From Auanema rhodensis (Eukaryota > Animalia > Nematoda), in the NCBI GenBank assembly GCA_964057225.1, contig OZ059899.1, positions 13,268,001 through 13,332,000 on the forward strand: a stretch of DNA of 64,000 nucleotides, written 5' to 3'. Both the position numbers and the translations under genes were made by a program. Below the pieces are notes generated by a model. It saw only the letters and a program-made list of their open reading frames with translations, did no database searches and was not told the origin of the DNA. Of this stretch, positions 23,751 through 37,348 are shown piece after piece. Each line of letters begins with the position of its first letter. Within the stretch, counting starts at the first letter, position 1.

Positions 23751-23886
23751 ATGGGCAACGCGCCCACTACTCCTCTGAATTCTAGTTCTTCTCGTCATCG
23801 CGGTAGTACCGTGATTGGTAATGGTGGGTTGCACGAGTCTTCTTCGTCTCGGCAGATTAGACAGCAAGCAGCAAAAGATCTGCACG
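23751..23886 (+). CDS. kin-1: PKA catalytic subunit, alternative first exon (myristoylated MGNA-type)
   Basis: MGNAPTTPLNSSSSRHRGSTVIGNGGLHESSSSRQIRQQAAKDLH plus a phase-1 donor G|GTTCGT. It has the MGxxxT myristoylation consensus and the MGNA start shared with PKA C-alpha1 and a C. elegans KIN-1 isoform. Acceptor TTTTCTAAG lies 26 nt upstream. Confidence 0.75.
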
Positions 23887-26800
23887 GTTCGTTGCTTTCA
23901 TCAAATTTCTCATAGTCGATCACAAAATAGTTTAAAGTTTGGTGTGTGCGTGCCCGATTAACCGCACTACACGCTTGCGTAGTTAGATTTGCATGGTATA
24001 ACCACAGTATTTCACATTTTTCAATATCAATCTGAAACATTTGCACCCAGGTTGTACGACATTGTAGCTTATATATACTGATTATGGTATTCTAGATATT
24101 GTCTGAAAAGAAATCAACATATAAAAATAAAAATCTATACAATGATATTACATTAGATGTTCAGGACTATATGACGTGCACAGCTCATCTTTTGTGAATA
24201 TCCGATGCTATCAGATGTTCAAGTGCTAGAAAATCTCATTTGATTGTTCAACATGTTCTTTTCAAGTTGACAACGAGATATGTTATATTTAAAGTTTGAA
24301 AATCATACTCATATTGTGGAAAACAGGGTAAAAGTAAAAGAAAATGGAAAATAAACAAATAATAACAGCATTTGGTATAGAGTGTACGAGAGTAATTGTC
24401 TTTGAGTGAGATAGAGATTCTAAAAAAAAAAGAAATGATTGAGTCTCAAGATCAGGTTTGAGCTGTAGTGACAACAGCGGCGGTGGCAGCAGCAGAAGCC
24501 GCAACAGCTTGAGCAAGTTGCGTTCTTCATGCCCCCTTCCTGAAGCGATGCCTCACCAGTAGCCACAGCAGCTGTAAAAAGCTGGTGCTGAGTAGCCAGT
24601 TTTTCGGATATTTTTGTTGAGGTTTTTCCTAGATCATCGCTAGATAGTAAGCCAAGATCAGAGAGTGTGAGAAAGCAGGGTGTGATGAGATAGTAAACGG
24701 AAAAAAACCAATGAAATGGAGAAGATGACTTCATTTGATCAATTTTTTGCTTATCTATGTGCCTTTCTCATGTAGTGTAGAAGCAACAACAGCTGTTTTG
24801 TTGTCACAAAACCATAAGGTTACTGGCTATTCGCTTGCGAATGTCTCTGAGGGAGACAGCTATACCTTCTTGTCGTTTACCTCTCTCTCTCTCTCTTTCT
24901 CTATCTCTCCGTTCGTCTCTTAGATTCAGAGAATCCCTATCTGTTTTTCTGTTCGTTCTCTCCATCTCTATCTTGTAATCCGTCTTACTCTCTATGTAAC
25001 ACTCTGTGAGTTCCAGTATCGGTTTGCTCCTTCTTTTAACTTATTTTCTTGTTCATGAGTAAATGAAGTAAGCACAGTGTTGTATTCGTAAATCATCAAA
25101 CTTTTTCATAATCCTCCACCCCCCGCTCGTCTGCTCTCATGCTGAAACGGGGATTCTCGTATGCTGAAACCGGGAGGGGATTTACTTTGAAATAGAACGA
25201 CGTTCCAGTTGAATTATGACAACTATAATACGTAAATTATTGGGCAAGACGACACAAAAAACTATTGAAAACAGAAAGTATGAGAAGGGATAAATTGATG
25301 TAAAAATAGCTTCATAGTCATCAATTCAAAGAATCTTCTATTATATATGTAATAATTAATATATTTTGTTTACAAATGCAGCAGAAAAATAATCAAATTA
25401 ACTGTTGAAACTATGCTCTAGAATGCTTGTTTTGAAATAGCTTATTTCAAGTTTTCAACTCGAACAACTTACTATATATGTATATGGAAATATGTAGATA
25501 AGACTTTATCATTCTATCATTGTTACCTGTTTTCACACTTGTTAAATCAACTAACTTAACTGCTTTAAACTGATAAATGACTAGCACTTTGGTAATTGCA
25601 ATCTCTTCTGAGCTCTATCAGCTCATCAGCATTACATGTGTACACTTGTTCTGAACTCTCTACTTGCAGCGTGTGGTCATTTCTTCTCAATATCAGTGGA
25701 TATGATCTTTATCACTTGCCATAATTTCTTTATTTCAATAACTGAAATCCCAAAAAAAAAGAAAAGAAAGAAAAATAATGTCGAAGAAAATAAGATACAA
25801 ACTGATAGCAGTACGAGCGGTTGCGTATACTCATTCAGAAGACGACAACACTAACTTCCGTTGTTCCCTCTGGAGACGTCAACGTCGAAAGCTGATTGGC
25901 TGAATTCCGGAACGAAAACGATTTTTTTGTCAAAAAATATCTGAATAAAAGACAAAAAAAGATTTATTTATTTATATCTTTATGAATGAAACGGATAAAG
26001 ACGATTGTTGAAGAATAGTCAGCCTGACATGCTGAATCTTCTATGTGTATGTTTGCTGTACTAAACATCCAATTCGCTCATTTCAAGTTGTTCCTCCAAA
26101 AGTTTTTTTATGGAAGGATTTCTTCTCATATATTTATTGATTTTCTCTGTCTATCTAGAATAATCTTGATTGAAATGCTTTTCTATTCGCTATTCAAAAG
26201 AAGAAGAAGAAGATGAAAAAAAATCTCTGCAAACCTCAGACTACTACGTCATTAATTATTCGATGCATTTATGAAATATTCTGATTTGCCTACTTCAACT
26301 TGAATCCAAATTACATCTCAAAACTTCGTTTCAGATCTCTTTTTACTATTTTCTATTTCAAATTTTTTTCTTTTATGAACTCTGTCAATCTTTTTCTCAT
26401 TGTGACACTCAACCATCCAGCTTTACCTCATTCAGTACAGCACACATCTCAGCTGATGTTCAATGTCAAAATTTGGTGGAATATGTGAGAAAGGGGAAGG
26501 GGGCGGGGGGAAGGGATGATGGTTACACTTCTAATTTCCTTAACCTGTTATTGGTCAATGACTATGCTCTAATATGTTTTTTCCAACAAAAAAAAATAAA
26601 AAAGTTTGCAGTTTTCATATACATTTTTGATTATCTTGTTATTCAGATTACATAAATTATCATATGTTAATGTACAAAATAGTTGTTTTCCTAACTTTTT
26701 GTTCAAACAGTATCATCATATTCATATCATCAGCAAAAACAAAGAAATTCTCTTTCAAACTTCATGTTCCTGATAGCATGATGTTTTTAGTTTCTGCTAG

Positions 26801-27467
26801 TCGCATCAGTCATATCACTGCGAACTCAAGCTTGTAAGCTGAGCCATTGTTCGAAATTCTTTCGGCCATCTGTACCTTATCACATATATATGTACATGAA
26901 CACGGCTTTTACTGTGCAAGTCATAGTTCTCACATACTTAATCGTATAGTAAGCTTTAATCATTTTCAAATCATTTTGTATTTTGTTGTCATTTTCTTCA
27001 CCTTCACCTTCACTTACATGCTGTTGTTAAAACAGATATAGCTAGGTGTGTATATGTGTTGATGACATACTATATGCTCAAATATGCTATTTATATAATA
27101 TTATATATGATATATACATATATATATATAATAAAATTCTATAAATAGGTTCATGAAAACTATAAAAGGAGCCTAATAATCTATGAATATCTATATATAA
27201 TATCTGTATATCTGATCCATTTAATCTTTTTGATATAAGCTTTCTCTTGCTCTTTTCTTCATTTACACTCGCTTTCTCCTTTTTGCTCTCTTTCCCTTTA
27301 TAGTATTTCTATGTTTCTTATTCGTTTCTCTTTATCAATAAATACTTTTCATTTTTGGTTTTATATCCTCGACCACTCATTACCCCTTCTTACTTCGATT
27401 TCCATTTCCTCTACTTCTCTCTCTCTCTCTCTTCCTTTCTCTTTCTTTCTTTTGTTCATTCCTAAAA

Positions 27468-27558
27468 ATGCTACACTTGAATCACATCAACATCGTGGGC
27501 AAGATGATCACAGCGCTGCCCACAATGATTGAGGCGCCCGGCTTGTATGGCTTGGCAA
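27468..27558 (+). CDS. kin-1: Candidate kin-1 alternative first exon
   Basis: AAAAATG context; GC-elevated MLHLNHINIVGKMITALPTMIEAPGLYGLA; phase-1 donor A|GTTAGT; preceded by a CT-rich tract. Confidence 0.45.
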
Positions 27559-28408
27559 GTTAGTAATCGTTTATATATTCACTAACATTCGTATGCTTAA
27601 CACATATAGCAATGTATTTCAATCACAGACTGATGTCTCACTCAGCTATTTCCGGCCATCAATTGAATATTCATGACAAAATGAGTGATTGATGTAAAGA
27701 AAAGAGAAACAAAAATGTACAACCTTGGCTACTTGTTACAAGTTGTGGTGCTTCCACTGTTGTTGTACAGCGCGCATGCGTGATTGAGTGCTGAAATTGA
27801 AATATGAGTATGACGCTGTCATCTGGAATACGAAACAACCGGTCTGTGCTGCAGCTCTTCCAGCAATGAATGGGCAAATTCAACATATGCTAATGAACTT
27901 CTGCAGCTTACGTGAAATCAACGTGACTGCCTGCCGAACATGCCAATTCATAAGAGCACAATATCCCTTTAGAAATATCAAACGAGCAACAATTCAGTCA
28001 TTATTCAAATGATTATATGAGAAAAGTGAAATAAACTAATATCCAGAAGTAATTCAGCCATTCATTGACCTTAAGCAGCTTCTTAAACAGATCTGAGATG
28101 TAGGAATATCAAAGAAAAAAAAAGAGAATAACGTTCACCATATCAAATTTCAATTATCATTCCATTCATGAGTCGCTAGCTCGTCTATTACCTACCTATT
28201 CTCATTTCTCTTTGCCTTGGACGTACACTCTTCGTCTTTATCAACATCTTCTCTCCCTCCTCTGATCACTATAATCACCTATTCGTTGTGTTGCCAAAGA
28301 TCGCAAATCGCTGCTTGTGGTAATATCTAATCACAAGAAGTAAAAAGCTTTATTGACTAGCAGCTTATTTCACAATTATCTTCACCGAGCTTACATCGAA
28401 CGATAGAT

Positions 28409-28444
<36 letters not shown>

Positions 28445-31400
28445 AAGTAATGTCGGCCTATAGTTGGCATCTCCTATGGGACAAGTGCTGTGTGTGAACG
28501 GTTAGTCTCGTCTGTCTCGTATATGTAAAGCTATCGGAATTATCTTGATCAAGAAAGTCATTTCATACAATCATTCATATATCTGGTAAAAAATCAAAAT
28601 GAAATGAAAGATCAAATAGCCAATTGAAGGAATGAATTGATCTCTGTCCTTCTTCGCTTATCAATATATATCTGATTATCAATAGATAATCAGATATTCA
28701 ATCAACAGTCTTATACTTATACTATATGATATAGTTTATGCACATTATTCTATTTCTAATGTTTATATTTTTCAAATCTGTTGTCATGTCTGCAGCCGTT
28801 CAAAGTCATGTATTCTCATATCATTTCGTCTTCGTTTTTCTCTCCCAATTTCGACTTTTTCTATGTTTTTTCTCTTTTTGATATGCTTGTTTTCTTTTCA
28901 ATAATTCGGTTAATCGGAAATCAGACAAAGAAACATGCTTTCAAGATACGCCATCTTGATCTCTTTTCAGCTTTGTTGTTTTCGGTCGTCTAGCTCAGCT
29001 GTTCGCTCTCCCATTTTGGAAGAAACTTACTACTAAGACTCTTGTTTTAAGTCTCTTCCTACGAACTCTTAAATCTTTCCATCTTCTTGCTCTCATCTTC
29101 ATTTACTTGCTATCTCGCAAGCCTCTGCATCTTCTCCTTCTACTCTCCTTTTGCGCTCTCCATGGTTATGCATATCGGTTGGCCTTTCTTAGCAGCCCTC
29201 TGAGCAATAGCTTAAGCGTTTCCAGAAGCAAGAACTCGATAACCAGTAACAGCTGCAGCAAGCTTCCCCCTCTCTCTCATTTGGAATAAGGCTACTATCT
29301 AATACCCGCTATTCCTTCTTTTCTTGTCTTTCTTTCTCTCTCTTTCTCTCTCTCTCTCTTTAAACTCACACATACACACGCTCCGGACTTCGCTTCTTCC
29401 ATACACGCATGCACATAGTCATTGCAGCTAAAAGGAACCCCGCAGAAGCCTTTATGAGCATAGAGAGCCATTAGATTTCGCTACTTTATCCGCGTATTAC
29501 TAATCTCTATCTTTCTTTTTCTTTTCACTCTCCTTCTTTTACATTCCTGTAATCTCTCTCTCTCTCTTTCTACGCTTTCTCCATATTCTTAGTCCCTCTG
29601 TATTCTCCACTGTTTATCTGCATCTGCAAGTTGCCCTTCTTCTTTTGCGGAGTTTTATGGTTTTCAGAAATCTGCGATAATCCATCTCCCGATTCTTTAC
29701 CTTGAAGCAAAAGTATTTGAATGCTCTTTCATTCATTTGAAAGATTAATGTTCATTTCATCATCTTACCCGCATCTTTCCATACAATATGTATCCGGAAA
29801 GTTCCAAAGCTTTATTTAGAATCATTTTCATTGAAATCCTATCGCAAGGCGATTTCATGACCAGGGTTAACTTCTGAACTAAGCCAATTAATCGTCTTTT
29901 CATGCTTCTTTTCTCGTTTTTTTTCTCAAAAGAGCTTCTCAAGCTGCAAATGAGTTCATTCAATTATTTCATATTTTTCTTCTACAGCTTTACTTTTTTT
30001 TTAAAAACTTTATGTTTTTATTTTTTCCTCGACTTTTTCTTCTTTACCACCCTTATTGCATCATTTTTTTTGACTTTTGCCTATGATTACTTATTTTCTT
30101 GGTCGACGATTATCTGTCGGTTATAATGAAATTATTTTCTAATTATTGTTTTTCGAAACTGTTGCAATTTGAGCTTAAAGGGATGTGACACCCTGTGTGA
30201 ATGTGGTCTACTTGTCTCTCTGTCTAAATGGATGCGTTTTTGGCTTGTCATTTGCATCCGAATTTCCACTTTCTTTTGAGTCTAGATGCTGCTTCACGCG
30301 CACAAGTTGGGACATGTGCAGCTTTCATACACATGTGCATGAACATGAAGCTCTGAACGATGCTGATGGTAGTTTTGAAGTGATGGAGATGAGATTGAGG
30401 AGCCGAACAAGGGAGTCTGTGTGACATCTTTTCACTTCATTCACAAAAAGACTAGCCTCTCTTCCTTCCTGCTGGCCGTCGCTTCTCTCAATCTCTAACT
30501 CTTCATCTCATTTTTTCTCTTCTTATACACTATTCACAAATCTAATTGTCTGCGGCTCGGCCACGTCTCTGTCTGTATTATGCATTTGCCATCCTCTAAC
30601 GGTTCATCGTAGCCGTCGCTTGGCTATTTCGTTCGTCCGTCCATCCATCCATCCATCCATCCATTCTACTCAACCACTTCGATATTTCGACTCTATTTAA
30701 GGAGTATGACTCAAGGCCGAACCCAAATATCTAAATTCAATGCTTCTTATCTAACTGGGCTTTTCTTCAGATCTCTATCCATTTTGTTTCTCTATTGCTT
30801 GTCCTTTTCTCTCTCTTTCTCTGGCTCTTTGACTCTCTCTCTCACTCTTTCGTGCTCTTTTTATGTTTGGCGTCTCGCCGTATTCTAACTCTTCTTACTA
30901 TTAGACAAAAGAATTTCAACAGAAGTTTTTTGCTTAAATAGCATGTATACTTTATTTACCAGTTTGGAAACATATTTTCTCTTTCGTACCATAAATAGCT
31001 TTTACAAGCACCCCAACCAACTACTATTTATACACATTATATATGTATATTTATATAAATATGCTCATAATTTGTAATCCCCTCTCCTCATTTCTCTCTC
31101 TCTCTCTTCCTTTAAAACTCTCTATTCTATCCAATTCTCACCTAGATCTCTCTTCTATTCCCTCAAAATCTTTCTCTCTACTCTTCCCTTTACTCTCTAT
31201 ACCTCACACATTTTTTTCCCAACAAAGAAACCTCCATCATATCAATAGACTTTCTTCTTTTCATTTTTATTTGATTTCAACGAAAAAACCGAAATTTCAA
31301 TTTATTCGCAATCATCTTATTCCTTATTCCTCGAGTTTCCATAATAATTTTTTTTTCTTCACAATTTTCGAGCCAAAAAAATAAAATGAAATTTGATGCA

Positions 31401-31879
31401 AATTTTCGAAAAAAAAGAGCATTTTCATCTCAAGTAGCTACACAGATCCAGAATGTGTGTGTGTGTGTGTGTGTGCAGCTTCTTTATTCATGTTTTATAT
31501 CTTAGTTTATTAATAATAGTTAAATATTATATAAAATTATTATAAAATAATATATATAATGTATATATTTTATTTTATATAATACATACTATACTATACA
31601 CTATATTTGTATAATTATTCATTTATCTATATGTAATATATCATATATAGTTAATATTTCAATCTTAATCAATAAGAATTAATGATCTTTTATTTCAAAG
31701 GATAGTTTTAATATATTTTTTTGCGAAATGAATGACTATTATGCATATTTGAGAGCTTTGAATGTTTGAGTATTACATTATATATTGCTTTCTAAGCTTT
31801 CGTCTTTACCTATTCTCGGATTTCCTATCCTCCTGAGTAAGTAATCAACGATAGATACACATATATGCACATCTAAGAT

Positions 31880-31893
31880 AGAGAGAAAGAGAT

Positions 31894-31956
<63 letters not shown>
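31880..31956 (+). repeat. (GA)n microsatellite, in the minority orientation
   Basis: Near-perfect dinucleotide run. Confidence 0.95.
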
Positions 31957-31958
<2 letters not shown>

Positions 31959-32965
31959 ACGAGAAGAATAGAATCAAAAAGAACTTTTAATGTTGTACAC
32001 GGAATGCCTGGAAGCCTTTATGTTCATATACTACATACACATCGTTTTCTTCTCATAAATTCTTCTTAGATATTTTCATTTACTACTGCTTGCTGCCAAG
32101 CATACCAGGACCGTCAGGGCAAAACTTAAGCTGCATCTACATGTATAGATCGAGTTGAAAATTAAACTGCAGATGCGTGTCGATGTGGCTTACAACAAAA
32201 AAAAAGAGAGAAAAGAATGGAAAACGACTTTAATTTTCAAGCTTATTCACCTTTCACTCGATCCTTTCATTTTTACATCTTTTGGAAAAGCTTGAACAAT
32301 GTTTTGGGACAAGCTGCAATCAAGCTGTATCACTGTTTTGAGTTCATTTCCTATCTAAAGACTCCCTTTGTCTCGTTTTCCTGTCTTTCAATCCTTCCAT
32401 CTAGGAACTCTTCATCGTCAACTTCTTTTCTAAACATTGTCTGATCAATATCGGTCAGAATCTTATTAAGCACTTACAATCAACATAATACGTTGGTCAT
32501 GCTCTCTGGCCCCTGCGGCATTTTATGTTTGTCAATACGGCGATATTTACGCGGATCTCAACAATAGTTAAAGCAGGAAGAGTTTCTACGGAATATTATA
32601 TTTGAAAGAATTTTACTTCAATCCAAATACATCATTGATGTGGTCTAAAGAAAATTTATGAAAGTTGAAGATCGTCATCATCGTTCTTCGTATGCTCATC
32701 TGACGTGACTAAAAGCTCTACGGCCTCATCTTATCAAATCTACTTTGCTGCACATCTTAGTCCTGTAGCTTTCTTATTCACACAAGTCTCATAGCATGTA
32801 AGCAGATTGCGTAAACTTCTGGTTATTGTTGACTCTTTCCCCCACTCATTTTCCATATTTTCACTCAGCAGCTTTTCTTTCAACTTTTGCTCTCCTTTTC
32901 ATTCATTTTTTTCTGCCAAACGAAGAAAAAAACCATCTTTTCTCTACTCTTCCACTATAGCTTTC

Positions 32966-32978
32966 ATGGACAAGCAAG
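32966..32978 (+). CDS. kin-1: Candidate kin-1 micro first exon (MDKQ)
   Basis: Pyrimidine tract and CACTATAG acceptor 5 nt before the ATG; ATG GAC AAG CAA G|GTAATC, phase 1. Confidence 0.4.
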
Positions 32979-33088
32979 GTAATCTTGTAAGATGATTTAT
33001 GTTTTGTTTACTATTTGTATTTATCTTAAATTCATTTCCTTATTTCACAAGCCTCTCCTGCAACCACCTCTCACTTGTTCTCCCTCCC

Positions 33089-33144
<56 letters not shown>

Positions 33145-36100
33145 CACCTACATTTACGCATATAATTTTATCTTTTTCTATCTCGGTATACGTCTACTAC
33201 TGCTCCATTTGAATTTACGAGTCAAAACTGCGTCTGACAGCTTACCTTATTAGATTTTTAATTACTTAAAATTATATAAATCCATATTGTTTCACATATA
33301 TTATACTATATATACTATATATATATATATATATCTTTGTTGATTTTCAAAATTTATGTTATTTTTTTGTGTTGGACTTATAGCCTTCAACTTCCTGTTG
33401 TTGTCGTAGTCGTCGTCAGGCAGTACATATCGTCTAGACATAAAAAGAAAAACATTCTTTTCTCTATTTTTGAATTTGAAAAATTTATGTGAATGTTGAT
33501 GATTTGTTTAATGATACCTATCATTTTCAAATTTTTAATTAAAGATTTTAATTTTATTTTCATTTGTCTTTTAGTCATTTCTTTCATTTCTGTTTTACTT
33601 TCAATCTTTTTGTGTTTTTTTTTGTGAGTTCAATCAGTTTTCAAATCATTGCTCTCACATCAAACTACATTTTTATTTTTACATTTCATTCAATAGTTTC
33701 TTGATGTAATGGAATCCATAATAATTCTTTGAATATTTTATTCATTTCAAAGAAGTAGTTCTCTCTCTCTCTCTCTCTCTCTCTACCTCTCTACCTCTCT
33801 CTCTCTCTCTTACTTATATCCTTAATATGAATGAAGTATCACGTAGAATCACGTAGAATACGTTTCATTTAGTTCATATTTACCGACATTACATGCATAT
33901 CTATGCTACTCCTTGTTCTTTTTCAGTATTCACTCTGGAAAGAGTCTCCTTCAACAGGCTTAAGCTTAATTCCATGCGTATAATTGTAGGTTACTTGTCA
34001 GACTAGAGACAAAGTTCTTTGCTGTTTTTCAATTATGATACATAGCATGTCCTACTTTCATGAATATAATTGTTTGGCTGCAAGTTTTGGCGCTATTTCG
34101 ACAGCCTATTTAAGCTGTTCGATGGATAGATGTGCTTATTTCTTGTTCTCACTCGAACTCACACAACATTTCCGGCACCTTTGCCGTCTCCTTCCACCCT
34201 GTTTTATAACATAAGGTCCCTTCTCTCTTTTCTTCTTTTATGTATATGCCTTTTCTTACTTCTTACTTTTTTTGTCTCTCTCTATTCTTCTTTCTCTCTC
34301 TGTCTCTCTCTCAGTCTCTCTCAGTCTCTCTTATTCTTGTCTTCTTTCTCTCTCTGTCTGTTCGAGTATAACTTGTGCTCTTGGTGGCTGTGGTGATGGT
34401 GTGTTGGTTGTCGATGTGAATTATGCAAATGCCGGACTCTAAAAAGGAGAAAAGGAGGATGCTAGCATACATACATCACATACTCTCTCTCTAACTATCT
34501 GGTCTCTCTTCCTCTTCTCTCTTTCTTTTTATTTTCGCAATCTCTTCAGTTATTGTGTATCATACTTCTCTCATTTCTAAACAGTTTTGTTCTACTCTGT
34601 GCTTGAGAATTATGCAAAAACTCAGACTATTTTCAAATCAGAATCGTGCCACCCTCACCTGCTCCATTGTTCTGCTCAGATTGAAGTGCTTGAGCCATAC
34701 CCTTACTTTTCTTCTTGTGGAACCTTTCCGTCGTTTACTTGTCTACATCCTTACCCTTTGTCATTCCTATAGCATAGTTGGCACCCACATTTGGATTCGA
34801 ACCATTTGTGTGAACTTTAGCTTTGTTTTGATTTGTTCTTCTTCTTCTGAATCCGTACCACATGGCATGCAGTCAGCATTTTTCGTTGCTCGATTGAATT
34901 TCGCCTCGGGCCACATCTATCTCTCTACACATATGTATCTATCACTTGAAATTTTTTTTTCAACTCTTCACTCGATTGTTTCTTCTTTTCAAGCATTTCC
35001 TTAAGAACAGCGTCATCAATAATTCGAAAGAAGAAGCATGTTACTTCGCATCCTTTTCATACTTTTCCCGTTTTGTCTTTTCATATTACTGACACCTTTT
35101 GAAAAATTAATGTTCTTTCATCATAGTTTTCAACTAAAAAAATATTGCCATTTTTCTTTTTAAATATTTAGTTAAACAAGGCTTCTCATTTTTCTCGTTT
35201 ACTCATATTTTTCCAGTTTGTTTTGCAAAATTTTGTCTAATTTAATGGTCTTTCGTGATTTTCATTATGCATATTTGATGTATGAAGCCTTTTCTAATCC
35301 TACGTCTTTATCCTTCCTTCTCTCTCTTCTCCTCTAACGTTTTGTATAATCTCTCACTCTCGTTCAATCTCTTCACTAGATACTAGCGTCTTTATTCCAA
35401 TTTGTTGTGCTCCTTATGATTTCTTTCCTACTTTCGGATTCAATATCTTTCGATTTCGATTATTCAACTCTATTTCCTGTTTTGTTTTGATTTTTACACC
35501 ATTTTTCATAAACTTATTACCTTTTCATTCAAATATGTACAACCAGGTTTTACGCTACTGAATCATCATCATCATCATATATCTCATCATGCCGCTCATG
35601 TCACAGCTTATGTTCTGAATGTTTTCAAAAAGTAAAACATTTTCTTGTTGTCTACCGCCCCTCTCTCTCTCTCCTTCTCTCTCTCTCTCTCACTCTCACA
35701 TACACACTTTCTTCTTTTTGAATACCGAAATAAGTGGCAAAATGAAAAAAGCAAATTTTACTTGACCAAACCATTTGCCTGGCTAACTGGCTATTGCTCT
35801 CAGTTAGGTCGTCCAACATAGCCGACATGCATCGCTGATTTTGAAATTTTACGTCGAATATCTTTTCATCTACACTTTCAATACCATTTAATACAGGTAC
35901 TAAATGTCTACATGTTATTTAACCAGATATTGAACTTGACCATTTTGCCGCCCACAGGATTTGACTGCCGACATTCTCCATTTATGCCTTTTTCGTCATT
36001 TGTTGATTTCATTTAATCTGAATCTTCAGAGCTTCATACGTCTTTAAGAAAATACGTAAATTTCTTCCTTCTTTTGGCTTTCCCTATACCGACAACGATC

Positions 36101-37307
36101 GTCTGGATCGTTTCCATAATCTGCAGAAGATTTGTTCATCACATCGTCCGAATACTAGGGCGAAAATCACAAATTTGCTATTTAAATCTACTTATACACC
36201 AGATTTTTTGTTTCTAACCTCTATCTCGTCTATACTTGTTTCCTATTTTTTTGTTCATGATTCATAAATATTAACTGATTTATACTCGGTCATTTTTGAC
36301 TATTTTTAGACAATATCGTCGAGCAAAATGTCATCATTCACTTGTCAATTTCTCATTTTTTTTTCACAAATTCAATACCTGTTACTGAGATATTTCACTC
36401 TCTCTCTATCTCTCTCTCTCTTTTCTAGAGCATCCTTTGTTCATTCGTTCTGTCTAGATCTCGTTTCCCTCTCATTAACAATCACACATCATCCTATTAT
36501 GGCTGAAACTGTGGACAGATTATTCAAATTTCAACAACAAGCGGCGTGATTATTGGCAGTTGCTCGTCTAACATGAAATATCATGACGAACTTGTGCCGC
36601 TTATATTCATCATTGTGCTTGTATTGAGTGATTCAATCTTGTTTTTATCAGTTTTTTTTGTCATTTTTCCTTTTTTTTGTCTTTTATATATATCTTCATC
36701 ATACATTTCATATTGTCTTTCCTTACCATATCAGTCTGATTTCAGTATTGTATTGTCAAATCATTCATAATCTTCTGTTTTTTTTCAATTCCAACGAAAA
36801 AAAAAACAAAAAAATTGCAAATGAATGAAACTGTATCCTATTTTTCTTTTTTATATTTCATTACATTCGTTGTTGAAAGCGGACATTTTTCCATTTATTC
36901 AAGTCATAGTTTAGATTCCGAGTTAAAGCGTTGCCAGCCTTCATTCCGTCGTCGCCTTTCCCCCACATGCTAACATCAGACAACGTCTAGCGCATAAAGA
37001 TCAACCTACAGCTTAATTAGTTCAATTTTTTATATTTTTTATATTTATAGTAATTATGTTATTGAAGTTTTTTATTCAAATTATATTATATATTATATAA
37101 TATAATATATAGAAAAATCTTTATAATCAATATCTCTTGATGATATGTTAATTTGTTCTCTCCAGGTCTTTTTGTCTCGCTCTCGATAACCTAATCCGGC
37201 TCATGAAGCAGAATCAAAAAAAATGTTAACTTGCTCTCTCTTTCTCTCTTTTAACTTCTCTTGATTCTCTTGCATATACTCTTCTTTTACCTCCAGGTTT
37301 TTACCTG

Positions 37308-37348
<41 letters not shown>

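Noticed and set aside
34000-34022. GACTAGAGAC miR-44/279-like seed
   Set aside because: Wrong 5' base, divergent 3' half and no hairpin partner.
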